From Candidatus Latescibacterota bacterium (GTDB taxonomy: Bacteria > Latescibacterota > UBA2968 > UBA8231), in contig CBDCXV010000001.1 of the NCBI GenBank assembly GCA_965223905.1, positions 1,088,001 through 1,152,000 of the forward strand: a stretch of DNA of 64,000 nucleotides, given 5' to 3'. The position numbers were made by a program, and so were the translations under genes. The notes beneath the pieces were generated by a model. That model had not been told where the DNA came from, did not search any database, and worked only from the letters and a program-made list of their open reading frames with translations. Shown here in pieces: positions 1-10,135 of the stretch; the stretch's first letter is position 1, and every line of letters starts with the position of its first letter.

Positions 1-1
1 A

Positions 2-1378
<1,377 letters not shown>

Positions 1379-1398
1379 TGAGCGAGGCGAGCTCCGGC

Positions 1399-1800
1399 AT
1401 GGCTGCCTACCAGTTGGAAATCGTTACTCCGTCCGGGACCGTCTACTCCGGTTCCGTGGAGAGCTTGCAGGCTCCCGGAGGTCAGGGCTCGTTCGGCGTG
1501 CTCGCGCGGCACGCCCCGATGATCGCCGGGATGGCGACCGGCCCCCTCGCCTTCACGGAAGCAGGGGCCGGTGGGCGCGCCATGGCCTGCAGCGGCGGCT
1601 TCGTCGAGGTTCTCGGCGACCGGGTCACGGTGCTGGCCGAGACCGCGGAATTCGGTGACGGGATCGATCTCGCCCGCGCCGAGGCCGCCCGCGACCGCGC
1701 CCGCCAGAGACTCGCCCGGCAGCGCGGTGTGGATCGTGCCCGCGCCGAGGCAGCCCTTGCGCGAGCCCTTGTCCGAATCCGGATCGCCGGCGGGTACTGA
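1399..1800 (+). CDS. atpC: ATP synthase F1 subunit epsilon
   Basis: LEIVTP...G.FGVLARHAPMI...GGFVEV....VTVLAE motifs; directly follows atpD. An alternative GTG start lies at 1378. Confidence 0.95.
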   Translation: MAAYQLEIVTPSGTVYSGSVESLQAPGGQGSFGVLARHAPMIAGMATGPLAFTEAGAGGRAMACSGGFVEVLGDRVTVLAETAEFGDGIDLARAEAARDRARQRLARQRGVDRARAEAALARALVRIRIAGGY

Positions 1801-1801
1801 C

Positions 1802-2860
1802 ATGCCCGGTTCGAAGCTGTCCCCGGAACTGCAGGATTTTCTGCGGCGTCACGTACCTCTGATCGAAGAGGAGATGTTCTCCTTCCTGCCCGTGCAGGAG
1901 CCGGAGGAGTTCATGTACCGTCCGATGCGCGACTACCCCGAACGCGGGGGAAAGCGCTTGCGGCCGACCCTGGTCCTGCTCGCCTGCGACGCCCTGGGCG
2001 GCGACCTGCGAAAAGCGGTGCGCACCGCCTCGGCGTTCGAGATGTTTCAGTCCTTCGCCGTCATCCACGACGACATCGAGGACGATTCGGAATTCCGCCG
2101 GGGCAAGCCGTGCATTCACAAGCTATACGGCATTCCCTTGAGCATAAACGTCGGGGACGCCCTCTATGCGAAGGTGTTCGAGATCCTGTGCGCGAATCGC
2201 GACCTCCTGGGATGCGAGACGAGCATGGAGCTGATCGACGAAATGATCCGCGGATCCGTGCAGACCTTGGAGGGCCAGGCGTACGACATCGGCTGGATTC
2301 GCCGGCAGCATATCCCCACGGAAGAAGAGTTCATGGCCATGGTGACGAAGAAGACGGGGTGGTACACCGGCCGGGGACCTTGCACCGCGGGAGCGATCGT
2401 GGCCGGTGTCGGGGAACGCGAGCGCCGTCAGATAGGGGATTTCGGCGAAGCGATGGCTATCGCCTTTCAGATCAGGGACGACGTCCTCAACCTGCTGAGT
2501 CCGGCGCAGGATGAAGAGGAAGCCCCAGGTTTGACTTCGGGGGGCTACGGCAAGGAGCGCGGAGGGGACATCGCCGAGGGCAAACGGACCCTGCTGGTTA
2601 TCGACCTGCTGCGCAAGTGCACGGCGGAAGAGCGCACCGAAGTCCTCGAGATCCTCGGCCTGCACCGCGACCTGACCACGCAGGACCAGATCGAGCGGGT
2701 CATCGGACTCATCGAGTCGTACGGTTCGCTGCAGTACGCCGACGAGGTAGCTACTCGAAAAGCGGACGAGGCGCTGGCCCTGCTGGAACGGACCCAGCCA
2801 AGCGCATCCCGGGATTTACTGAAGGAGATGCTGGAGTTTTTCGTCCAGCGCGCTTTCTAG
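1802..2860 (+). CDS. Polyprenyl diphosphate synthase (short-chain, GGPP synthase-like)
   Basis: GGKRLRP, first Asp-rich motif FAVIHDDIEDDSEFRRG, GQAYDI, KKTG, FQIRDD and GDIAEGKRT. ATG is 1 bp after the atpC stop. Confidence 0.9.
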   Translation: MPGSKLSPELQDFLRRHVPLIEEEMFSFLPVQEPEEFMYRPMRDYPERGGKRLRPTLVLLACDALGGDLRKAVRTASAFEMFQSFAVIHDDIEDDSEFRRGKPCIHKLYGIPLSINVGDALYAKVFEILCANRDLLGCETSMELIDEMIRGSVQTLEGQAYDIGWIRRQHIPTEEEFMAMVTKKTGWYTGRGPCTAGAIVAGVGERERRQIGDFGEAMAIAFQIRDDVLNLLSPAQDEEEAPGLTSGGYGKERGGDIAEGKRTLLVIDLLRKCTAEERTEVLEILGLHRDLTTQDQIERVIGLIESYGSLQYADEVATRKADEALALLERTQPSASRDLLKEMLEFFVQRAF

Positions 2861-3494
2861 CCATGGACCGGGCCGGCGCCAGCTGGCCGATCACTTCCTC
2901 CGCCAGGGGGCGAAGGTTGCGCTGCAACCGGCTTCGCCCCCGGTTGACCCGCGACTTCACCGTCCCTACGGGACACTCGATGATCTTGGCGATCTCTTCG
3001 TATGAGAGGCCGTTGAGGTCCCTCAGCAAAACAGCGTCGCGAAACTCGTCCGGAAGGGTCTGTATGGCCGTCTCCACGGATTGGTGGACGGTCCTGGTGT
3101 CGGTCACTTCACCAGGCAGGGCCTCGCCATCCACCGGCTCGTAGAACGGAGTGCGCTCCTCATCTTCCGAGGGCCCCGTCGGAACCCAGTGCCAGCGCTT
3201 GCGGCGTCTGAGTTCGGTCTTGGCCAGATTGCCGGCAATGGTGTACAACCAGGTCGACACCTGCTCGATGGCGGGAAACTGATTGCGGTGGCGAAGGCAT
3301 CTCAGAAAGGTTTCCTGGACGATGTCCTCCGATGTTTCCCGGTCGCCGACGAAGCGATATACGAAGTTGTGCAAAGGGACGCGGTAGCGGCGCACAAGAA
3401 TGGCCAGGGCGCTCGAGTCTTTCACCGCGGCCATCAGCACCGCCTTGTCCGAAAGGTCTTCAGTTCGTTCCTGGTTCAAGGTGTTCGCTTTCAT
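2751..3494 (-). CDS. ECF-type sigma-70 family RNA polymerase sigma factor
   Basis: Region 2 (EDIVQETFLR, STWLYTIAGNL) and region 4 (GLSYEEIAKIIECPVGTVKSRVNRGR). ATG at 3494 with a purine-rich SD (AAGGGGGAAG). Confidence 0.92.
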   Translation of the reverse strand: MKANTLNQERTEDLSDKAVLMAAVKDSSALAILVRRYRVPLHNFVYRFVGDRETSEDIVQETFLRCLRHRNQFPAIEQVSTWLYTIAGNLAKTELRRRKRWHWVPTGPSEDEERTPFYEPVDGEALPGEVTDTRTVHQSVETAIQTLPDEFRDAVLLRDLNGLSYEEIAKIIECPVGTVKSRVNRGRSRLQRNLRPLAEEVIGQLAPARSMARKRAGRKTPASPSVNPGMRLAGSVPAGPAPRPLFE

Positions 3495-3497
3495 CGC

Positions 3498-3555
3498 TGC
3501 TTCCCCCTTTGTCTGCCGCCGAGAATCCGGTCTCGGGGCGGCATGAAGGGGAGCA
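3498..3555 (-). promoter_or_regulatory. RBS-sequestering hairpin in the ECF sigma factor 5' UTR
   Basis: On the minus strand UGCUCCCCUU pairs with AAGGGGGAAGCA (the SD); inner stems UGCCGCC/GGCGGCA and GAGA/UCUC. The hairpin ends 3 nt before the AUG. Confidence 0.55.
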
Positions 3556-3973
3556 AGCAATCGCCGTACCATTTTCATTCAGGATGGAACGACAGCCCCC
3601 GTGGTTGTCCCGGCATCGCCAGGCGAACAACACGCAAACCGGCCTTTTTCCGGCCATTCGGGATCCCTTCGGGTTTGCCTGGTGGCGAGGGCGGGCGGTA
3701 GTGGCTGGTAGCCGAATCTCCCTCTGATCCCGCTCGTGAAAGCGCGATTCCAGAGATTTCACAGGCTGTTCCGAATGAGCTGTTTCGTCACGCAGCCTGC
3801 TGCAGACCGGCCGCCCGGATTTCGTTTTGGGATCTGTCGGGAATCATGCCAAAACGGAGGCGAAACCGCCCGGACGGCCCGTGGTTCTGCTGAAGATCCA
3901 CTCAGTATTCTGAGACTCCTCAACAATCTGATGTTCACTGGCGCATTTTCCATTCAACTTCGATCGTTCCGTT

Positions 3974-4003
3974 TTGACGGCTGCTCCGGTGTGCGCCTAT
4001 CCT
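3974..4003 (+). promoter_or_regulatory. Putative sigma70 promoter of the SEC-C/rmlC/PRTase genes
   Basis: TTGACG-N18-TATCCT about 30 bp upstream of the GTG start. Confidence 0.55.
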
Positions 4004-4033
4004 TCACGAATACCTGACCGCAAGGAAGTGCCC

Positions 4034-4783
4034 GTGGAGGAATTGCAACACAGACTGGCAGAGTTCTGCGCTGCCCACGGCATCGAGCGCTTTTCGCCCG
4101 CGGAGATCATCGAGCTCCTGGAGGATGGCGAGGAGGTCGGCTGGATCGTCGAGCAGGTTGCCGCCGGTTCGGATGCCTCCGGCCAGTTGGCGCGCCTGCT
4201 GACGGAAATCGCCGCGGAGACGGCCCCCTCTACGGAAGCGACGGCTCCATCTCCGGAGGGGGAGTCCCCATTGCGGGAGGACGTGGGCTTTCCAGGGCGA
4301 GAGGCCGCGGCAGCGGCCGAGGAAGTGGGTGAAGCCGCGACAGCCCCGGCGGATGAGCCCGGAGCGCCCCCGATGCAGGCCGCAACCGCACAAGACGGGA
4401 GTCTTGCCGATCTCGATGCTCTGAAGGATATCCAACTGCCGGAAGGCATCGACCGTGGGCAGGTCGAGCAGTTGCTCTCCTCTCCGCAAGGGGCCCTGCT
4501 GGCCGATTTCGGACTGTTTTGTCAGGAGAAGGGGGTTTCCCCGGATGAAGCCGCAGCGATGGGAAAGAAGGAGGGAGGCCCACTGGCAGAGCTGCGCGAG
4601 GAATGGCTCACAACGCCGCGCGCATCGCTCGACGGGCGCAGGCCTGCCGATCTGCTTGAGGAAGGCGGGATGTTCGGCAAGGTGGGGACCTACCGGCGCG
4701 AAGTTCCGAAAACCGGCCGCAACGACCCGTGTCCGTGCGCAAGCGGGAAGAAATACAAGAGATGTTGCGGAAGGGGAGATTAG
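4034..4783 (+). CDS. SEC-C motif-containing protein with acidic, low-complexity N-terminal region
   Basis: C-terminal [22 protein letters not shown] at 4034 follows AAGGA; GTG 4028 is an alternative start. Confidence 0.8.
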   Translation: MEELQHRLAEFCAAHGIERFSPAEIIELLEDGEEVGWIVEQVAAGSDASGQLARLLTEIAAETAPSTEATAPSPEGESPLREDVGFPGREAAAAAEEVGEAATAPADEPGAPPMQAATAQDGSLADLDALKDIQLPEGIDRGQVEQLLSSPQGALLADFGLFCQEKGVSPDEAAAMGKKEGGPLAELREEWLTTPRASLDGRRPADLLEEGGMFGKVGTYRREVPKTGRNDPCPCASGKKYKRCCGRGD

Positions 4784-4787
4784 AGGG

Positions 4788-5333
4788 ATGAAACTGCGGC
4801 CCTCCGATTGGATAGACGGGGTGGCCATCGCCGAGCTGGAGGCGGTCGGGGACGAGCGGGGCTGGTTCGCCGAATTCTTCCGCAGCGAGTGGTTTCCAGA
4901 CATCTCCTGGGCCCAGCTCCAGTGCAACCGTTCCGAATCCAGGGCGGGAACCGTGCGGGGGCTGCACTACCATCACCTGCAGGTCGACTACTGGCATTGC
5001 CTCGCCGGAAGCCTGCGAGTCGGCCTCTACGACCTGCGGCGCTCCTCTCCCACCCGCGGACGGGGCGAGATTCTGCATCTCGATCATCGGCAGCCGCAGG
5101 GGCTGTTCATTCCCTCCGGCGTGGCGCACGGCTTCCTGGCCCTGACCGACGTCACCCTGACCTACGTGGTCAACCGCTACTACGACGGCGGGGTCGACGA
5201 GTACTCCCTCGCCTGGGACGACCCGGACCTGGGGCTTGCGTGGGACTTGGGGGAAGCGGAGGTCATCGTCTCATCCCGGGATGAAGCCAGCCCGCGACTC
5301 GGTCAACTCGACGAAGCCGACCTGCCGGAGTAG
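4788..5333 (+). CDS. rfbC: dTDP-4-dehydrorhamnose 3,5-epimerase family protein (RmlC/RfbC)
   Basis: DERGWFAE, Q.NRSES...TVRGLHYH, DLRRSSPT, LFIPSGVAHGF and WDDPDLG..W motifs. Confidence 0.88.
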   Translation: MKLRPSDWIDGVAIAELEAVGDERGWFAEFFRSEWFPDISWAQLQCNRSESRAGTVRGLHYHHLQVDYWHCLAGSLRVGLYDLRRSSPTRGRGEILHLDHRQPQGLFIPSGVAHGFLALTDVTLTYVVNRYYDGGVDEYSLAWDDPDLGLAWDLGEAEVIVSSRDEASPRLGQLDEADLPE

Positions 5334-5343
5334 GGGATTCGCG

Positions 5344-6222
5344 ATGGTTGAGCGCAGCGACAGCGGCCGGGCAAACCTGATCGAGCAACTGATCGCTCGC
5401 CAAGCCCTGCGCATAGCCCCTGCCGGAGAGGTTTACTGGTACACCTCGGGCACCGTCGGACCGTACTACGTAAACACCCATTTCCTGTTCGGCGGACCTG
5501 AAAAAGCCGGGGAGCTTCTGGCCTTCATCGACGCCGAGAAGGAGAACGTCGGTCGCTTCGTCCCGGAGCTCTCGGCCCGATGCCGCGACATGTACGGCAG
5601 CGACCCGGTCTACGGGAATGTGGTCGACCGCCTCGCCGCGACCCTGAGGCCGAAGACGGCATCGCTGTCGATGATCTCAGGCGGAGAGCGCCGCGACTGG
5701 TTTTTTTCGGTTGCGGTCGCGCATCAGCTCGACCTGCCCCATCTCTACCTCTACAAGGACCAGCGGGGGTTTCTTGCCGGGAACGGAGCTGCGGTCGAGG
5801 CGAGGGACCTAACCGGAAAACGCTTCGCTCATGTCGCCGACCTGGTCACCGAGGCGTCGAGCTATTGCAATGCCTGGGTGCCGGCGCTGAGCAGCCGCGG
5901 GGGGTGTCTCGCCTGCGCTGCGAACGTCATCGACCGCGCCCAGGGAGGCGCGGAGGTGCTGAGATCACTCGGGGTGGAGGCCTGGAGCCTGCTGCGGTTG
6001 GACGAAAAGCTGTTCGCCGAAATGCTGCGGCAGAAACTGATCGATGCGGATCAGAAGGCGACCCTGGAGGCCTACTGCCGCGACCCCCACGGGGCGATGC
6101 GCCGTTTCCTCGAGAGCCATCCCCGATTTCTGGAGGCGGCCCTGGACAGCGACGACCCCCGCACCTCGGAACGCGCCAAGCTGCTGGTGAAGCAGGACAT
6201 CTACGGGCTCCACTCCGCCTGA
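5344..6222 (+). CDS. Type I phosphoribosyltransferase, probably orotate PRTase (long form)
   Basis: WYTSGTVGPYYVN, ISGGERRDWFFS, PRPP-binding HVADLVTEASS and VIDRAQGG resemble the PyrE family. Confidence 0.7.
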   Translation: MVERSDSGRANLIEQLIARQALRIAPAGEVYWYTSGTVGPYYVNTHFLFGGPEKAGELLAFIDAEKENVGRFVPELSARCRDMYGSDPVYGNVVDRLAATLRPKTASLSMISGGERRDWFFSVAVAHQLDLPHLYLYKDQRGFLAGNGAAVEARDLTGKRFAHVADLVTEASSYCNAWVPALSSRGGCLACAANVIDRAQGGAEVLRSLGVEAWSLLRLDEKLFAEMLRQKLIDADQKATLEAYCRDPHGAMRRFLESHPRFLEAALDSDDPRTSERAKLLVKQDIYGLHSA

Positions 6223-6230
6223 GGACGCCG

Positions 6231-6249
6231 CGCGGGCTTTCAGCCCGCG
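6231..6249. terminator. GC-rich hairpin at the convergence of the PRTase and smc genes
   Basis: CGCGGGCT-TTC-AGCCCGCG forms a perfect 8-bp stem; no clear U-tract. Confidence 0.3.
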
Positions 6250-9200
6250 GCCTCTCCGAGAGCTTCCGGTTCCATCTGCACAGACACCATCTGCGAGACA
6301 CCCTCCTCCGGCATGGTGACGCCGTGGAGGGTGTTGGCCGCCGACATGCTGAGCTTGTTGTGGGTCACCAGGATGAACTGCGTCGACTCGGCAAACTCGC
6401 TGACCACGCGGATGAAGCGGCCGATGTTGACGTCGTCGAGGGGGGCGTCGACCTCGTCGAGGATACACCACGGACTCGGTTTAACCTGGTAGATGGCGAA
6501 CAGCAGGGCGATCGCGGTCAGGGCGCGCTCGCCACCCGACAGCAGGGCGATGCTCTGCAGGCGTTTTCCCCGCGGGCGAGCGGTGATTTCGATGGCCGCT
6601 TCGAGCGCGTCGACGTCCGTCTCGAGAACGAGATCCGCTTCGCCTCCTGGAAAAAAGCGGCTGAAGGTCTCCTTGAACTTTTCGCGGATCTCCTCGAAGG
6701 TCTCCCGGAACATGCGGCGGGCAGTGCGGTCGATCAGTTGCAGGGTCTTGCCCAGGTCTGCGGCGGCAGCAAGCAGATCGTCGCGGTGTTGAACGAGGAA
6801 ATCGTAGCGCTCCCGCTGCTGCTCGTACTCCTCGATGACCCCGACGTGTACCGCGCCGAGGCGCTCTAGTGAACGCCTCACCTGTCCAAGCCGCTCCTCG
6901 GTCGCCTGCGGATCGAACTCCTCCTCGACGACCGGTCCCTGCGGCTCGACCTCGACCTTCACCTCTTCCCGGAGTCGCTCGCGAATGTGCTCGGCGTCGT
7001 TCTGCAGCTCGGCGAGCCGGAGTTCGAGCTGGTGGCGCCGCTCCCTCTCCGCGCTATGCGCTCTTTGCAGTTTGCCTATTTCCCCTTCAAGGTCGCGGGA
7101 GCGGGTGAGGACCTCCTGCCAGGCCAACTGGCTCTCGTCGCGGTTCACTGCAAGTTGCTCGCGCCGCTGGTGCAGGCGGCGGATTTCCACCTCTGACCGC
7201 TCTTCGGAGGCCAGCAGTTGGTCGCAGTCCGAACCGGCTTGTTCAATCTCGGCGGTCAGCCGCTCGATTTCCCGGTTGTGGCTCTGGCCGATCTGGTCGA
7301 GTCTGAGCCCATCCCTGCGAAAGCTGTCCACCTGCTCGATGGCGCGGGCGCGTTCGACGCGCAGGGCTCCAAGTGTCTCGGAGGCGGCGCGGCGGTCTGC
7401 TTCCGCGGCTCGCAGTTTTTCATCGGCCTCCTGGATACCAGCCTCTGACTCGGAGACCTCCGCCTCCAGTTCGCCAAGACGGTCTCGTTCGGAAGCCAGC
7501 GCCGAAGCCAGGCTGGCAAGCTGCCCCGCCAGCGATGCCGAGCTTTCCTCGACCTCGGACTTCCGCGCTGCGATCCGCTCGTTCTCCGCTCCGATCTCCT
7601 GGAGTCGCAGTTCACATCTGAGGACCTCTTCTGTCGATTCGCTTGCGAGAGCCCCGAGCTCCGCGGTGTAACGGCTCAGGACCCCACGCCGCGACTCGGC
7701 CGCCGAGCAGGCCAGCTCGGCACCGGCGAGCCTGGCTCTGTCGCGGGCAATCTCCCGGCGCAGGCGGTCGATTTCAGCGCCGCGGCCGAGGAGCCCATCG
7801 TCCTCATCTTCTTCTTCGGAGGTGCGGCCACCTTTAAGGCAGCCGAAAAAATCGATCCCTTCTCCAGCGACGGTCACCAGCCGGACAGGAGACATCCCGC
7901 GCGAAGCCGCGGCAGCAGCGGAGTCGATCCGGTCGATCAGGAAGGTGTTGTGCAGAAGGCGCTCGACCAACGGCCGGATCTCGTCCCCTGCGCGCACATG
8001 GGCCGACAGCGGTCCGAGGACACCTGGAAGATCCTCCACGGCGACGGCGGGAGAGGGCGGGAAGCTCCAGTTCAGGGGAAAGACCCCGGCTCGCCCGGCG
8101 CCGTCCCGCAGGCGGCGGATCGCTTCCAGGGCGCCATCCTCGCTGTCGGTTACCAGCGCGTGCAGGGCGTCCCCGAGGGCGGTCTCGACCGCTTGGTAGA
8201 AATCGGGCTCTACCTCGATGAGATCGGCCAGCACCCCCCGGAAGAGCTCGCGCCGTTCCGGGTCCAGCATGAGACTCCGCACTCCGTGGGAGTACCCCTC
8301 GTACCCGGACCTGACTTTCTGGAGGACCTGCAGGCGGGCTTCGTTCGCCTCCAGCGATCGCAGCGCGGCGGCTCGTTCTTCAACAGCCCGCCCCAGCTGC
8401 CCTTCCACCTCCTTCAGACGCTGCTGGGCCGCGGCGAAATCCCCCTCGACCACTGCCTGCCGCCTTTCCCGCTCCGCCCGCTCCTGCTGCAGTGCGGCCA
8501 AAGGCTGCCCCTGCCCCTTCAAGGCGGCGCCCAGTTGGGTCTTTTCGGAAGCGAGTTGCTCCCGGGTCCCTTCCAGCGCCGCGGCTTCTGCCTGCAGCCT
8601 CTCGACGGTGCGGCCGCATTTCTCCCTGTCGCCAAGTGCGGCGCGCAGCCGCACGTTGGCGGCTTCGAGGGCGCTCTGCCGGCGTTGCCAGGCAGCTTCG
8701 GCGGCCGCCATCGCCTTTTCCTGGGATTGCAGCCGGCCGGCATCCGAGCGCAGCCTGCCTTCCGCATCCGAGAGCGCCCGGTGGGTCTGCTCTCGCTGCT
8801 GCCGGGAGGAGGCCAGTTGCTCCTGCTGCCGGTCGCGCTCTGCGGAGGATCGTTTGACGAACTGTTCCCGCGCCCCCCTGCGCTCCCGCACCGCGACCAG
8901 GTTCCGCTCCCGCTCGTGCAGCTGCTCGACGCATCGCGCCAGCTCCACCCCCACGACCTGGAGGTTTTTCTCCGTGGTGGCCACAGCGAGCCTGCGCTTC
9001 TCCAGCTCGGTTTCCTGCGCGGTAAGCTCGATGAGTCCCGAAACCGCCTTCTTCGACAGCTCGTCGAACTCCTGCCGCAGCGGCTTCAACTGTTCCTGGA
9101 TTTCGAAGAAACGGTGGCGGCCGAACAGCAGCTCGAGTTGTTCCCATTCCTGGCGCAGGGTCTGGTACCGCCTGGCGCGGCCGACCTGACGGCCGAGGTA

Positions 9201-9809
9201 GTCGACCTGCCGCTTGACCTCGCCGATGAGATCATCGAGCCGGGTAAGGTCAGCCTGCGTCGATTCCAGCTTGTTCCAGGTCGAGCGCCTGCGGGCCTTG
9301 TATTTCGTAATCCCGGCGGCCTCCTCGAGGATGCGCCTCCTGTTTTCGGTGCGTTCGCTGATGATCTCGTCAACCATGCCCTGCTCCATCACCGAGTAGG
9401 CACCCGGACCAAGGCCGGTGTCCATCAGCAGGTTCTGGATGTCGAGGAGCCGGCAGGGAACCTTGTTCAGTAGGTAGTCGGCTTCGCCGGAACGGAACAA
9501 TCGGCGCGTCACCGTAACCTCGCTGAATTCGATCGGCAGGGAGTGGCTCGAGTTGTCGATCGTCAGCGATACTTCCGACATCCCGAGCGGCTTGCGATGG
9601 CGCGTCCCGCTGAAGATCACGTCATCCATGCGGTGGCCGCGAACCGCTCCGGCCCGCTGCTCCCCGAGAACCCACCGGATCGCCTCGACAATGTTCGACT
9701 TGCCGCAGCCGTTGGGACCTACGATGGAGGTAATCCCACTGCCGAAGGGGATCTCAACTTTGGTGAGGAACGACTTGAAGCCGAAAATTTCGACATTCGT
9801 GAGCCGCAC
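6240..9809 (-). CDS. smc: Chromosome segregation protein SMC
   Basis: GFKSF, Walker A GPNGCGKSN, long coiled coils, hinge region, LLSGGE signature and LDEVDAPLD; 1189 aa. Confidence 0.97.
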   Translation of the reverse strand: MRLTNVEIFGFKSFLTKVEIPFGSGITSIVGPNGCGKSNIVEAIRWVLGEQRAGAVRGHRMDDVIFSGTRHRKPLGMSEVSLTIDNSSHSLPIEFSEVTVTRRLFRSGEADYLLNKVPCRLLDIQNLLMDTGLGPGAYSVMEQGMVDEIISERTENRRRILEEAAGITKYKARRRSTWNKLESTQADLTRLDDLIGEVKRQVDYLGRQVGRARRYQTLRQEWEQLELLFGRHRFFEIQEQLKPLRQEFDELSKKAVSGLIELTAQETELEKRRLAVATTEKNLQVVGVELARCVEQLHERERNLVAVRERRGAREQFVKRSSAERDRQQEQLASSRQQREQTHRALSDAEGRLRSDAGRLQSQEKAMAAAEAAWQRRQSALEAANVRLRAALGDREKCGRTVERLQAEAAALEGTREQLASEKTQLGAALKGQGQPLAALQQERAERERRQAVVEGDFAAAQQRLKEVEGQLGRAVEERAAALRSLEANEARLQVLQKVRSGYEGYSHGVRSLMLDPERRELFRGVLADLIEVEPDFYQAVETALGDALHALVTDSEDGALEAIRRLRDGAGRAGVFPLNWSFPPSPAVAVEDLPGVLGPLSAHVRAGDEIRPLVERLLHNTFLIDRIDSAAAAASRGMSPVRLVTVAGEGIDFFGCLKGGRTSEEEDEDDGLLGRGAEIDRLRREIARDRARLAGAELACSAAESRRGVLSRYTAELGALASESTEEVLRCELRLQEIGAENERIAARKSEVEESSASLAGQLASLASALASERDRLGELEAEVSESEAGIQEADEKLRAAEADRRAASETLGALRVERARAIEQVDSFRRDGLRLDQIGQSHNREIERLTAEIEQAGSDCDQLLASEERSEVEIRRLHQRREQLAVNRDESQLAWQEVLTRSRDLEGEIGKLQRAHSAERERRHQLELRLAELQNDAEHIRERLREEVKVEVEPQGPVVEEEFDPQATEERLGQVRRSLERLGAVHVGVIEEYEQQRERYDFLVQHRDDLLAAAADLGKTLQLIDRTARRMFRETFEEIREKFKETFSRFFPGGEADLVLETDVDALEAAIEITARPRGKRLQSIALLSGGERALTAIALLFAIYQVKPSPWCILDEVDAPLDDVNIGRFIRVVSEFAESTQFILVTHNKLSMSAANTLHGVTMPEEGVSQMVSVQMEPEALGEAAG

Positions 9810-10015
9810 CTATGGAGCTCCTTTCTGCGCGTCGGCGATTCGAGGCGCGGAAAGCCCCGCCGCACCAGAGCTTTTTCGGGATCGTCGGACGAGGTGGGTG
9901 ATGAAAGGAATAATGCCGGCGAAACGTCTTGGGGAGAGAGCGCTGACAGTGGGGGAAGAGAGAACGACGGAACTACTCGTGACAACTGCACAACAATTTG
10001 TGCTGACTGTCGAGA

Positions 10016-10044
10016 ATGATACCACATGTAGAAGTCCCGGTCAA
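10016..10044 (-). promoter_or_regulatory. Putative sigma70 promoter of smc
   Basis: Minus strand TTGACC-N17-TATCAT with an extended -10 (TGg). Confidence 0.65.
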
Positions 10045-10135
10045 GGCATTGGGCGGCTGGCAGCGAAGCGAGCGGCGAGATGGAGCGCGCGCAGGCTGAC
10101 CGAAGCTTGGACGGGCGAGAGACTTCGCCGCCTCG

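Noticed and set aside
3620-3690. GGCAAACC on the minus strand resembling the start of a c-di-GMP-I riboswitch
   Set aside because: The GAAA tetraloop stem and the following GACGCAAAG element are absent.
9810-10025. 71-aa ORF in frame with smc and ending at the TAG just before its GTG (possible read-through or leader peptide)
   Set aside because: Its start codon lies within the predicted promoter. SMC begins canonically at MRLTNVEIFGFKSF with its own SD (AAAGGAG).
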